Positions 55,172-64,000 of a stretch of 64,000 nucleotides of DNA are shown piece after piece. Source of the DNA: Candidatus Latescibacterota bacterium (GTDB taxonomy: Bacteria; Latescibacterota; UBA2968; UBA8231). Position 1 is the first letter of the stretch. Each line of letters opens with the position of its first letter. The stretch is taken from the NCBI GenBank assembly GCA_965221775.1, contig CBDCSU010000005.1:160001-224000 (forward strand). The letters are read 5' to 3'. The notes beneath the pieces were generated by a model. It was given only the letters and a program-made list of their open reading frames with translations. It searched no databases and was not told the origin of the DNA. The translations under genes were made by a program, and so were the position numbers.

Positions 55172-57958
55172 TCAAACCCCCGGGAACCCGGGAAAGGCCC
55201 GCTGCAGGACCCGCCCGGTGTGCGAGTGCGGACAGGCGGCGACCTCCCGCGGGGGGCCCGTCACCACCACCCGGCCGCCGTCGCCCCCGGCCCCCGGGCC
55301 GAGATCGACGACGTGGTCGGCGGCGGCGATCACGTACGGGTCGTGCTCGACGACGAGGACCGTGTCGCCGCGGTCGACCAGGCGCTGGAGCAGCTCCACG
55401 AGCAGGGCCGTGTCGCAGCGGTGCAGCCCGGAGGTGGGCTCGTCCAGCAGGTAGAGGGTGCGCTCCACCGCCGGCCGGCCGAGCTCGGCGGAGAGCTTCA
55501 CCCGCTGCGCTTCGCCGCCGCTGAGCCGGCCCGCCGGCTGACCGAGGCGGAGGTACCCCAGGCCGAGGTCGGCCAGCAGATCCAGGCGCCGGGCGGCCTC
55601 GGGCACGTTGGCGAACCGGAGCCGCGCCTCGGCCACGCTCAGCTCCAGCACCTCGGCGATCGACAGCCCGCCGAAGCGGACCTCCAGGACCTCCCGCCGG
55701 TAGCGGGTGCCCGCGCAGCGGCCGCAGGGAAGGGGCAGGTCCTCCAGGTCCAGCGCCGCCTCCGGCTCGCGGCCGGTACCGCCGCAGCGGCTGCAGGCGC
55801 CGCCGCTGTTGAAGCTGAAGTCTCCCGGACGGTAGCCGCGCAACCGGGCCTCGGGCGACTGCGCGAACAGCTCCCGCAGGACGGCCATGAGGCCGGTGCA
55901 GGTGGCCGCGTTGGAGCGCCCCGTGCGGCCGATGGGGGACTGGTCGACGGCGACCACCCGTTGCAGGGCCTCGGCCCCCCGCAGACCGTCGAAGGGCAGG
56001 GGGCGGCGTCCGGCCCCCTGCAGGCGGGCGGCCAGGGCCGGGTGCAGGGTGTGATGGACGAGACTGCTCTTGCCCGAGCCCGAGACGCCGGTGACGCTCA
56101 CCAGGCAGCCGAGGGGAAGGCGGAGATCGGCACCCTGCAGGTTGTGGCCGCGGGCGCCGAGGAGCTCGAGCCAGCCGCCGGCGCCGGCGGAGCGCCCGCG
56201 GCGGCCGGGCGGGTCTCCGGCAAGGGCCCGTCCGGTGGGGGTGCCGGCAGCCCGTGCCTCCCGGGGCGGACCCTGGTAGAGGAGGCGTCCGCCTTCGTCG
56301 CCGGCGCCGGGTCCGAGCTCCACGAGCAGGTCCGCGTCTCCGATCAGGTCGAGGTCGTGCTCGACGACGAGGACGGAGTTGCCCCCGTCCCGGAGCCGCT
56401 CAAGGGCGGCCGACAGGCGCCGGGTGTCGCGTCCGTGGAGGCCGGCGCCGGGCTCGTCGAGGACGTAGAGGACCCGGGAGAGTCCCGACCCGAGGGCGGC
56501 CACGAGCTGCAGGCGCTGCAGTTCCCCCGCCGACAGGGTCGGCGCTCTGCGGTCGAGGGTGAGGTACCCGAGTCCGAGGTCGATCATCACCTCCACGCCG
56601 CGGCGGACGACGTCCAGGATGTGGTCGGCCAGGGCCTGCTTCCCGGGGGGTACGGCGACCCCGGCGAGCCACTCGGCGGCCTCGGAGAGGGTGCGCCCCT
56701 GCAGACCGCCGAGGCTCTCGCCGTCGATGCGGACGGCGCGGGACGGAGCCGACAGCCGGCTGCCCCCGCACCCGGGGCACGGAGAGCCGGCCCCGTCCCC
56801 CTGAAGCTCCTCCAGCCAGGCCCGCTCGGCGGCGTCGTCGACGACCGCGGCTCTCGCGTCGAGCCAGCGGCGCAGGCCGGTGAACGGTTGGCCGCGGGCC
56901 CGGGGTCCCTCGCCCTCCCACAGACCCTGCACCGCCGCCTCCGGCCACTCCGAGAGAGGCTCCGACGGGTCGACCCCGGCGCGCCGGCAGAACGCCTCCA
57001 CCGTGCGCCGCAGCCGGCGATGCCCGAAGCGCTCCCACAGCACCGCCAGCGACGCCGCCGGGGGCTCGCCGGCCGACAGCAGGCGCTCGAAGGAGCTGCC
57101 CGCCGACAGCCCGGAGCCGCGGCAGTCCGGGCAGGCGCCGTCGGGGCTGTTGAAGCTGAAGAGGGCGGCGGAGATCTCGGGAAAGGCGGCGCCGCAGGCG
57201 GCGCAGGCCGGACGCACGCTGTAGCGCTCCTCGGCGCCGGTGGCCGGATCGAGGAGACCGAGGCGACCCTGGCCGAGCTGCACCGCCGCCTGCAGGGAGC
57301 CGCGCAACCGGCGCCGCATCCCGTCCCTGACGGCGACGCGGTCGACGACCACCTCCGGGGACCGGCCCACGAGGCGGGAGGCCTCCACCTCCTCCAGGAC
57401 CAGGGTCTCGGTTCCGCAGCGGATCCGCCGGTAGCCGCCGCGCTCGACCTCGGCGATCAGCTCCCGGGCGCGGGCCTCCGTGGCCGGCGGCTCCAGGGGA
57501 GCGGTCACCACCAGCCGGCTGCCCTCGGGCCGACCCGAGGCGCGCTCGAGGATCTCGTCGAAGGGTTGGGCCGCCACCGGCTGCCCGCAGTCCAGGCAGT
57601 GGGCCCGGCCCACCCGGGCCCACAGCAGACGCAGGTAGTCGGACAGTCCCGTGATCGTCGCCGCCGTCGAGCGCGACGACGGGCGGCTGCGCGCCTGGGC
57701 GATGGCCAGGGCCGGCCGCAGCCCGTCGATGCGCTGCACCCGCGGCGGCTGCAGGCGCCGGGCGAAGGCGGCGGCGGGCCCCTCCGCGGTCAGCAGGAAC
57801 CGCCGCCGGGCCTCGGCGTAGAGGGTGTCGAAGGCGAGGCTCGACTTGCCCGATCCGGAGACGCCGGTGAGGGCGATGAGCCGGCCGTGGGGAAGGTCCA
57901 GGTCCAGGGACCGCAGGTTGTGCTCGCGGGCGCCGCGGATCTCCAGCTGGTCCTTCAC
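55172..57958 (-). CDS. uvrA: Excinuclease ABC subunit A (UvrA family, divergent)
   Basis: GTGA overlap at 57955-57958. IRGAREHNL, two GVSGSGKSS Walker A motifs, FSFNSPDGAC, LSGGEAQRVKL, LDEPTSGLH, three Zn-finger pairs. Confidence 0.85.
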   Translation of the reverse strand: MKDQLEIRGAREHNLRSLDLDLPHGRLIALTGVSGSGKSSLAFDTLYAEARRRFLLTAEGPAAAFARRLQPPRVQRIDGLRPALAIAQARSRPSSRSTAATITGLSDYLRLLWARVGRAHCLDCGQPVAAQPFDEILERASGRPEGSRLVVTAPLEPPATEARARELIAEVERGGYRRIRCGTETLVLEEVEASRLVGRSPEVVVDRVAVRDGMRRRLRGSLQAAVQLGQGRLGLLDPATGAEERYSVRPACAACGAAFPEISAALFSFNSPDGACPDCRGSGLSAGSSFERLLSAGEPPAASLAVLWERFGHRRLRRTVEAFCRRAGVDPSEPLSEWPEAAVQGLWEGEGPRARGQPFTGLRRWLDARAAVVDDAAERAWLEELQGDGAGSPCPGCGGSRLSAPSRAVRIDGESLGGLQGRTLSEAAEWLAGVAVPPGKQALADHILDVVRRGVEVMIDLGLGYLTLDRRAPTLSAGELQRLQLVAALGSGLSRVLYVLDEPGAGLHGRDTRRLSAALERLRDGGNSVLVVEHDLDLIGDADLLVELGPGAGDEGGRLLYQGPPREARAAGTPTGRALAGDPPGRRGRSAGAGGWLELLGARGHNLQGADLRLPLGCLVSVTGVSGSGKSSLVHHTLHPALAARLQGAGRRPLPFDGLRGAEALQRVVAVDQSPIGRTGRSNAATCTGLMAVLRELFAQSPEARLRGYRPGDFSFNSGGACSRCGGTGREPEAALDLEDLPLPCGRCAGTRYRREVLEVRFGGLSIAEVLELSVAEARLRFANVPEAARRLDLLADLGLGYLRLGQPAGRLSGGEAQRVKLSAELGRPAVERTLYLLDEPTSGLHRCDTALLVELLQRLVDRGDTVLVVEHDPYVIAAADHVVDLGPGAGGDGGRVVVTGPPREVAACPHSHTGRVLQRAFPGFPGV

Positions 57959-58677
57959 CGAGGCCCGTCCCCCGGCCGCCCCCGGTCCAGCTCCCGCGAA
58001 GCGCGTTCGTAGTCCTCCAGCGAGTCGATCTCGAACCACGGGAGATCGCCGGTCTCCACGGCGCGCAGGTTTCCCGACCGGATCAGGGGCCCGTACGCGG
58101 CGGTGGGATAGACCGCTTCCCCGCCTCCCTCCACCAGCCGTCCGACCTCGCGCCGAACCATCGCCGATCCGGCCTCGTCGAACCGGACCAGCTGCACGCT
58201 CACCGCCTGGGAGGCGGCCGGTGCCAGGTGCTTGCCGATCTCCGTCACCCGGCCCGAGCCGTCGATCCGCAGGTTCATCTCCCCTGCCTCCCTGGCTGCA
58301 CGGGAGTCGACGGCGATGGCGCTGCCCGGTCCCTCCCCCAGGCGCTCGAGGACGGCCGGGTCGAAGAGGATGTCGCAGTTGAACAGGAAGGCGCCGCCCT
58401 CCAGGCAGCCGAGGGCGCGGTGGAGGGACTCGATGCTGTTCGTCGTCCGCCAGTCCTCGTTGATCACGCATCGGGCCCGGCCCCCGAGATGGCGGCGCAC
58501 CTGCCCGGCCTCGTAGCCGGTGACGACGACGACGTCGCCCACGCCGATCCCCGCCAGCGCCTCGAGCTGACGGTCGATGAGGGCCCGGCCGGCCACCGGC
58601 ACCAGGCACTTCGGCCGGCCCTCGGTGAGGTGGCGGAGCCGGGTGCCGGCCCCGGCGGCGAGGATGATGGCGCGCAG
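57955..58677 (-). CDS. LicC-like phosphocholine/sugar-phosphate cytidylyltransferase, apparent CTG start
   Basis: The conserved N-terminus (L)RAIILAAGAGTRL...RPKCL lies upstream of the ORF-track start. GGAG SD 6 nt before CTG 58677. NEDWRTTNSIESL, NCDILF, WFEIDS. Confidence 0.8.
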   Translation of the reverse strand: MRAIILAAGAGTRLRHLTEGRPKCLVPVAGRALIDRQLEALAGIGVGDVVVVTGYEAGQVRRHLGGRARCVINEDWRTTNSIESLHRALGCLEGGAFLFNCDILFDPAVLERLGEGPGSAIAVDSRAAREAGEMNLRIDGSGRVTEIGKHLAPAASQAVSVQLVRFDEAGSAMVRREVGRLVEGGGEAVYPTAAYGPLIRSGNLRAVETGDLPWFEIDSLEDYERASRELDRGRPGDGPR

Positions 58678-58790
58678 GGGAATCTCCGTGCCGGAGGATG
58701 GGGGGCCGGGATACGGCCCGCGGGCTGAAACGTCAATATACGGTGGTCTCGACGAGGGCCGGGACGGAGCCCGCCCGAGACCTCATGTCG

Positions 58791-58820
58791 TTGCCCCGGA
58801 CCGAGGTCTATGGCTACATT
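58791..58820 (+). promoter_or_regulatory. Possible promoter for the lipid cluster
   Basis: TTGCCC-N18-TACATT in the divergent intergenic region. Confidence 0.35.
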
Positions 58821-58922
58821 CGATCGTGGTCCCTGCCTGCGGTCCCGCTGCCTCCGGAGGCGCCTCCGTTTGTCCACGCCCGGACGCCCCGTCGTCTCCG
58901 CTCGCCCGGCACGCCGAAATCC

Positions 58923-59684
58923 TTGAACGCACTGATCCTGGCCGCCGGCCGCGGACGCCGCCTCCTGCCGTACACCTCCGAGCGCCCCAAGTGCCTCTTG
59001 CAGGTGGGGCCGTGCACGATCCTCGAGCACCAGCTCCGGCGCCTCTCGGCGGCGGGGGTGGAACGGGTGACCATCGTCGCCGGCTTCGGGGCCGAGGCGG
59101 TGCGCCGCCGGGCGCAAGCCTGCGGCCCCGACGTGCGGGTGGTCTTCAATCCCTTCTTCGCCATCTCCGACAACCTGGTCAGCCTGTGGTCGGCGCGCTC
59201 CGAGATCGGCGAGGACACGCTGCTGCTCAACGGCGACAACGTCTTCCACCCCGCCGTCCTGGAGCCCCTGCTCGACGCCGACCCCGGGCCCTGCACCCTC
59301 CTCGTGCACCGGAAGTCCGCCTACGACGAGGACGACATGAAGGTGGCGCTCCGCGGCGGCCGCCTGGCCGCCATCGGCAAGGACCTCCTTCCCGCGCAGG
59401 CACAGGCCGAGTCGATCGGCATCATGCGCATCGCCGGCGACGGCAGCCGCCTGCTGCGCCTCGTTCTCGAGGAGGCGGTGGAGGACGCCGACGCCATGCA
59501 CGGCTTCTACATCGACGGCGTGCGGCGCATGGTCGAGGCCGGATGCCCCGTCCGCTGCGCCGACATCGGCAGCCTGCCGTGGTCGGACATCGACACCGAC
59601 GAGGACCTGCTCGAGGTGCGCCTCCACGTGCAGGCGTACGAGGCCGGCCACCCGGCGGCCTCGGCGGTGCGGGAGCCGGCATGA
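58923..59684 (+). CDS. LicC-like cytidylyltransferase (NTP transferase)
   Basis: TTG start giving MNALILAAGRGRRL...PKCLL. NPFFAISDNLVSLW, LLNGD, DEDDMKV, AESIGI, WSDIDT. Confidence 0.85.
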   Translation: MNALILAAGRGRRLLPYTSERPKCLLQVGPCTILEHQLRRLSAAGVERVTIVAGFGAEAVRRRAQACGPDVRVVFNPFFAISDNLVSLWSARSEIGEDTLLLNGDNVFHPAVLEPLLDADPGPCTLLVHRKSAYDEDDMKVALRGGRLAAIGKDLLPAQAQAESIGIMRIAGDGSRLLRLVLEEAVEDADAMHGFYIDGVRRMVEAGCPVRCADIGSLPWSDIDTDEDLLEVRLHVQAYEAGHPAASAVREPA

Positions 59685-61048
59685 CCGGCGGACTGCTGCT
59701 GTTCGAGGACAGCCCCCGCGGCGCCTGGACCGCGGGCTGCCGCTTCGGCGGTCTCACCACCCTCGAGCGCGGCATCCTGACCATGGCCCGGGCCGGGGTG
59801 GACCGCCTCCTCGTGGCCCTGCCCCCGGGGCTCTCCCCCGCTGCCGGGCGGCGGGTCCGCCGGCTGGATATCGACCTGGAGATCGCTGCCTGGGGGGATT
59901 CGCCGCGCACCACCTTCGGCCCCTCCGACGAGGTGCTGGTCCTGCTGGGCGACCACGTCCACCACCACTCCTCCCTCACGGCCCTGGTCGAGTCCGGCGC
60001 TTCGGGCGACGGGCTGGTGGTGCAGGTCTCGCCCGCGCCCGGCCAGGAGGGGCTCGCCTTCCTCGGCCCGGACGGGGCGACGGGCGGCGGTCCCCGGGGG
60101 GTCAGCACGGGGGCTCTGCTCTGCGACGGCTCCCTGCGACCGCACGAGGTCGTCGGCCGCGGCGGGTCCGCCCTCGAGTTCCTCCGCCGCCGGGCCGCCG
60201 GCCGCGGGGTGCGCACCACCGAGGGCGATCCGTCCCTGTGGCGCCGCGTCGAGGACCGCCGCGGCGCCCGGCAGGCCAGGGCGATGCTCTTCGGGCAGGT
60301 GACCAAGAAGACGAGCGGCCCCGTCTCGCGCCACATCAACGCCCGGCTGTCGATCCCCATCAGCAAGGTGCTGGTCGAGACCGGCCTGTCGCCGCACCTG
60401 GTGACGGTCCTCTTCGTGCTGACCACCGGCCTCGCCGCCGCCTGGCTGATCTCGGATCCGCAACCGTACTGGCGGCTGGCCCTGGCGGGGTGCCTGTGGC
60501 AGATGGCGGCCGTCCTCGACCGCTGCGACGGGGAGATCGCCCGGGTCAAGCTTTGCGAGTCCAGGTTCGGCGCCTGGTTCGACACGGTGACCGACAACCT
60601 GGCCTACGTCGCCGCCTACGCCGCCTTCCTCAAGGCCGCCCACGGGCTCCACCCCGGGCAGCCCCTCTACCTCTACGCCGGCCTGTCGGCGGTGGCCGCC
60701 ATGTTCCTCAGCCTCGGGGTGATGTACCACTACGCTTTGCGCACCGGGTCCGGGTCGCTGCAGAACTACATCGTCGGCTTCGCGCGCCACGTGCCGCAGG
60801 AGGAGAAGGGCGCCCTCTACCGCGCCCTCGAGCGCTACGCCTTCCTGTCGAAGCGCGACTCCTTCGCCTTCGTGCACTTCGTCCTCGCCCTCCTCGGCGC
60901 CTTCGACCTGATCTACCTGTTCACGGTGGGAGGCCTGCACGTGGTCGCCCTCGGAGTGCTGCTGTCGCAGGGCAAGATGCTCGCCGCCCACCAGCGCCGC
61001 TCCGGGGCGGCGGCGGAAGGCCTTCCGCCCGAGGTCGGCGGACGGTGA
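59681..61048 (+). CDS. CDP-alcohol phosphatidyltransferase with degenerate N-terminal NTP-transferase-like domain (IPCT/DIPPS-like architecture)
   Basis: ATGA overlap. SRHINARLS, SPHLVT and the CDP-AP signature DRCDGEIAR...FGAWFDTVTD. Confidence 0.85.
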   Translation: MTGGLLLFEDSPRGAWTAGCRFGGLTTLERGILTMARAGVDRLLVALPPGLSPAAGRRVRRLDIDLEIAAWGDSPRTTFGPSDEVLVLLGDHVHHHSSLTALVESGASGDGLVVQVSPAPGQEGLAFLGPDGATGGGPRGVSTGALLCDGSLRPHEVVGRGGSALEFLRRRAAGRGVRTTEGDPSLWRRVEDRRGARQARAMLFGQVTKKTSGPVSRHINARLSIPISKVLVETGLSPHLVTVLFVLTTGLAAAWLISDPQPYWRLALAGCLWQMAAVLDRCDGEIARVKLCESRFGAWFDTVTDNLAYVAAYAAFLKAAHGLHPGQPLYLYAGLSAVAAMFLSLGVMYHYALRTGSGSLQNYIVGFARHVPQEEKGALYRALERYAFLSKRDSFAFVHFVLALLGAFDLIYLFTVGGLHVVALGVLLSQGKMLAAHQRRSGAAAEGLPPEVGGR

Positions 61049-62106
61049 GGGTCATCCGCTTCCTCCTGCCGGGCCTGGGACTGCTGCTGCTCGGCGGTCT
61101 GGTCGGCGCCCTCGGGGTGGACGAGATCCTCCACAACCTGGCGGTCATGCGCTGGGCCTTCCTCCACGTCGTCCTCCTGGCCCTCGCGTGGCACGTGACC
61201 AACTCGCTGGCCTGGAGCTGCGCCTTCCCGGCCGACGGCTTTCGCCCGCGCCTGTCCCTCCTGTTCAGGTGCAAGCTCGCCGGCGAGGCCGTCAACCAGC
61301 TGACGCCCCTGGCCAACCTCGGGGGCGAGCCCCTCAAGGCCTTCCTGCTCCGCCGCCAGTCGCCGGTCTCGCGCGGACTGGCCTCGGTGGTGGTCAACAA
61401 GGCGGCCCAGGTCTTCACCGGGCTGCTGTTCACGGCCGCGGGGCTGGGCCTGGTGACCTACCACTGGGAGGTGCCCCTGGCGGTGCCCATGCCGGTGCGC
61501 GCCGGTCTGACCCTCCTCCTCCTGGCCGCCGGCCTCCTGACCTGGTCGGCGTACCGCAGCCACGGGCGCATGTTCTCGGCGCTCCTCGTCCTCGCCCGCC
61601 GCTGCGGCCTCGGCCTGGAGAGGATCGAACGCCTGCGCGCCCGGGCCGCGGACATCGACCACCACATCTCCCGCTTCTTCCGGCAGCACAAGGGGCGCTT
61701 CGGCCTGGTCCTGCTGTTCCACGCCTGCGGCTGGCTCCTGGGCGCCTGCGAGACTTTCGTGATCCTCCGGGCCCTCGGCGCCGGCATCGACTTCGAGATC
61801 GCCTTCCTCATCGCCTCGCTGACGGTGGTGATCAACGGCCTGTTCTTCTTCATGCCGTCCAACATCGGCGTCCTCGAAGGGGGGCAGGTCTTCCTGTTCC
61901 TCACTCTCGGACTGGACCCGGCCGCGGGCCTGTCCCTCGGCATCGTCAAGCGCATGCGCAAGCTCCTGTGGATCTCCGTGGGCTGGTTGTTCCTCACCCA
62001 CCTGAGCCGGTCCATGGGCCGCGCCGCGGCTCCGGTGGCCGGTCCGGTGCCCGCCGCGGCCGCTCCGGGCGCGGAGCGGGCCCTGCGTCAGGGCGCGATC
62101 CCATGA
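61045..62106 (+). CDS. Lysylphosphatidylglycerol-synthase-TM / flippase-like (UPF0104, HpnL-like) membrane protein
   Basis: GTGA overlap. AGEAVNQLTPLANLGGEPLK, FFMPSNIGVLEGG, multiple TMs. Confidence 0.8.
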   Translation: MRVIRFLLPGLGLLLLGGLVGALGVDEILHNLAVMRWAFLHVVLLALAWHVTNSLAWSCAFPADGFRPRLSLLFRCKLAGEAVNQLTPLANLGGEPLKAFLLRRQSPVSRGLASVVVNKAAQVFTGLLFTAAGLGLVTYHWEVPLAVPMPVRAGLTLLLLAAGLLTWSAYRSHGRMFSALLVLARRCGLGLERIERLRARAADIDHHISRFFRQHKGRFGLVLLFHACGWLLGACETFVILRALGAGIDFEIAFLIASLTVVINGLFFFMPSNIGVLEGGQVFLFLTLGLDPAAGLSLGIVKRMRKLLWISVGWLFLTHLSRSMGRAAAPVAGPVPAAAAPGAERALRQGAIP

Positions 62107-63470
62107 GCATCCGGCCGCTCCTCTGTCTTGCCGCCCTGGGCGCCCTCCTCCACGCACGGCCGGACCCCGTGCGGGCCGCGGCCCCGGAAGGGGGCCCCGT
62201 GTATGGTCTCGACCAGTTGGTGGCCATGGCCCGCGAGGGCAGCCCGGATGTGGCCGCGGCGCGCTGGAACCTGCACGACGCCCGCGCGCAACTGCGCCAG
62301 GCCCGCGCCGCCCGTTTCCTGCCGCGGCTCCGCCTCGAGGGCTTCGGCGGCCTCGTCCCCGACGCCCGGGGCGATGTCTTCCATCCGCCGCGGGACACCT
62401 CCGGCGTGCGCCCCCTCGGTCCCTTCGTGCGCACCGAGCTCGAGTTCACCCAGCCCCTGTACACCTTCGGGCAGCTCTCCAGCCTGCGGACCGCCGCCGA
62501 GCACGGCCTGGAGGTCGAACGGGCCGCCTTCGAGGAGACCCGCCAGGGCCTCGTCCTCGAGGTCAAGGAGCTCTACTGGGGGATGCTCCTGGCCCGCGAC
62601 CTGGCGGCCCTCGCCCGGCGCCTGCGCCAGGAACTGGAGGACCGCGAGTCGGAGGTCGACCCCGACGACCCCGACCTCCCCCTGGGCGTGCCCTACCGCC
62701 TGCAGCTGGCCCTGCTGGAGCTCCGCGACCGCGAGGCCGAGCTGGAGGACCAGCTGCGCCTGGCGCGTTCGGCCCTGGCGTGGAAGGCGGGCCTTCCGGA
62801 GGACGAGCCCTTCGAGCTGGCCGAGACCCGGCTCGAGCCGGTGGGCGCCGAGGTGCCTCTCCTCGACGAGTTGCTGGGGCGGGCGCGCAGAGAGCGCCCG
62901 GACTGGCGCCGCCTGCGCGCCGGAGTGGCCGCCCGCCGGGCCCAGGAGCAGGCCGCGCGCAGCGCCGGGTACCCCCAGCTGTTCCTCGCCGGGGGCCTGC
63001 GCTACGCCGCGGCCCCGGGGCGGACGGATCAGCGGAACCCTTTCGTCAAGGACGAGTTCAACCTCTTCAGCGGGGCCGTCGTGCTGGGCCTGCGCCAGTC
63101 CTTCGAGATCGGCCTCATCGGCGCCGAGGTCGACCGGGCCCGGGCCCGGCGCATGCAGCTGGAGGCCCGGGAGCGCAGCGCCGCCCAGGGCATCCGCCTC
63201 GAGATCGACCAGGCCCTGAAGGAGTTCGAGGGGGCCCGGAGGGAGTTGGACTCGGCCCGGCGGGGCCGTGACCTGACGCGGGAGTGGCTGCGGATCGCGC
63301 GCGACGAGTACGACCTGGACCCGGCCCGGATCAAGGACCTGGTGAGCGCCTTCGAGGGCTTCGCCGACGCCGAGCAGACCTACCACGAAGCCGTGTACGA
63401 GCACAACGTGAGGCTCGCCGGCCTCGAGCGCGTCGTCGGCGCCGCCCTCGGCCCGGGGAGCCCGGAATGA
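62103..63470 (+). CDS. TolC family outer-membrane efflux protein
   Basis: ATGA overlap and signal peptide. Two OEP repeats (ARFLPRL...TQPLYTFG; RPDW...GYPQLFL). Confidence 0.85.
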   Translation: MSIRPLLCLAALGALLHARPDPVRAAAPEGGPVYGLDQLVAMAREGSPDVAAARWNLHDARAQLRQARAARFLPRLRLEGFGGLVPDARGDVFHPPRDTSGVRPLGPFVRTELEFTQPLYTFGQLSSLRTAAEHGLEVERAAFEETRQGLVLEVKELYWGMLLARDLAALARRLRQELEDRESEVDPDDPDLPLGVPYRLQLALLELRDREAELEDQLRLARSALAWKAGLPEDEPFELAETRLEPVGAEVPLLDELLGRARRERPDWRRLRAGVAARRAQEQAARSAGYPQLFLAGGLRYAAAPGRTDQRNPFVKDEFNLFSGAVVLGLRQSFEIGLIGAEVDRARARRMQLEARERSAAQGIRLEIDQALKEFEGARRELDSARRGRDLTREWLRIARDEYDLDPARIKDLVSAFEGFADAEQTYHEAVYEHNVRLAGLERVVGAALGPGSPE

Positions 63471-64000
63471 GGCTCCGGGGCCTCGCCTCGGGCCTGGTCT
63501 GGCTGGCCGCCACCGGCGCCGCCGGCGCCGCGGGGGAGGCCTGGCTGGCGGCCGAGGTGGAACGGCTGAACCTGGAGGGCCGCAGGGCTCCCGAGGCGGC
63601 GGCGGCGGCCTTCGTCGACCGCGCCGTGGACCTTCCCGGCTTCGCCGAGCTCTGCTTCGGCGACTACCTGGAGGACAGCCTCGCCGAGCTCGAGGGTCAC
63701 ATGACCCGCTCCGACTTCCGGGCCTACGTCGAAGCCCACCGCGGGCGGCTGCTGGAGTCGCTGCGGCAGCGGCTCGTCGACGACTTGGGACCCCGCCTCG
63801 CCGCCGGGCTGCCGGCCCTGGAGGCGGTCTCCTCCGAGTTCGACGGAGACACCGGCCGCGCCGAGATCACCGTCCCCGGAGGGGGGCCGCTCCGCTGCCA
63901 CCTGCGGCGCACGGAGGACGGCTGGCGCCTGCGCGACCTGCGCCTCCAGGACCGCCGCCTGAGCCGCATCTACCGGCGGCGGTTCGAGGACGTCCTCGAC
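63467..64000 (+). CDS. 3'-truncated MlaC/Ttg2D (HpnM-like) periplasmic lipid-binding protein, absent from the ORF track
   Basis: ATGA overlap. My translation: MRLRGLASGLVWLAATGAAGA...FVDRAVDLPGFAELCFGDY...LRRTEDGWRLRDLRLQDRRLSRIYRRRFEDVL, matching the MlaC pattern (VDF..MA...LG; W.V.D......L...YR..F). Confidence 0.6.
   Translation, partial: MRLRGLASGLVWLAATGAAGAAGEAWLAAEVERLNLEGRRAPEAAAAAFVDRAVDLPGFAELCFGDYLEDSLAELEGHMTRSDFRAYVEAHRGRLLESLRQRLVDDLGPRLAAGLPALEAVSSEFDGDTGRAEITVPGGGPLRCHLRRTEDGWRLRDLRLQDRRLSRIYRRRFEDVLD

Overview
A very GC-rich, gene-dense bacterial chromosome segment with about 48 CDSs. I found no rRNA, tRNA, CRISPR array or IS element. Gene content (TolC, MlaC-like, lipoproteins, DUF6785, many FlgD-Ig-tailed secreted proteins, PF12831 oxidoreductases) suggests a diderm of the wider FCB group such as Latescibacterota; this is inference only. 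Layout: (1) 1-13.4 kb, an operon-like cluster of large exported proteins: three with a shared C-terminal PNxDGxND/FlgD-Ig tail, two ~950-aa paralogues with Ca-binding-like Asp motifs and a barrel-like C-terminus, and a translationally coupled PpiC lipoprotein. This is the best candidate for an undescribed envelope or secretion system. (2) 13.4-15.7 kb, a tandem duplication of a whole transcription unit: promoter, structured leader with a compensatory base change, a CBM9-like gene ending in TAVESNSWGQVK, and a terminator. (3) 15.7-27 kb, catabolic and envelope genes, including a frameshifted epimerase. (4) 27-39.5 kb, a minus-strand housekeeping run ndk-yceD-rpmF-fabHDG-acpP-fabF-rnc-lipM-oppDF-ppiD-garR-like-nadK that lacks plsX. 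(5) 39.5-45 kb, HD dNTPase-rlmI-like-uvrC-xerD-like. (6) 45-58.7 kb, catabolic genes, metG and uvrA. (7) 58.7-64 kb, a phospho-headgroup lipid synthesis/export cluster running off the end. All calls come from motif recognition by eye; no database searches were run.
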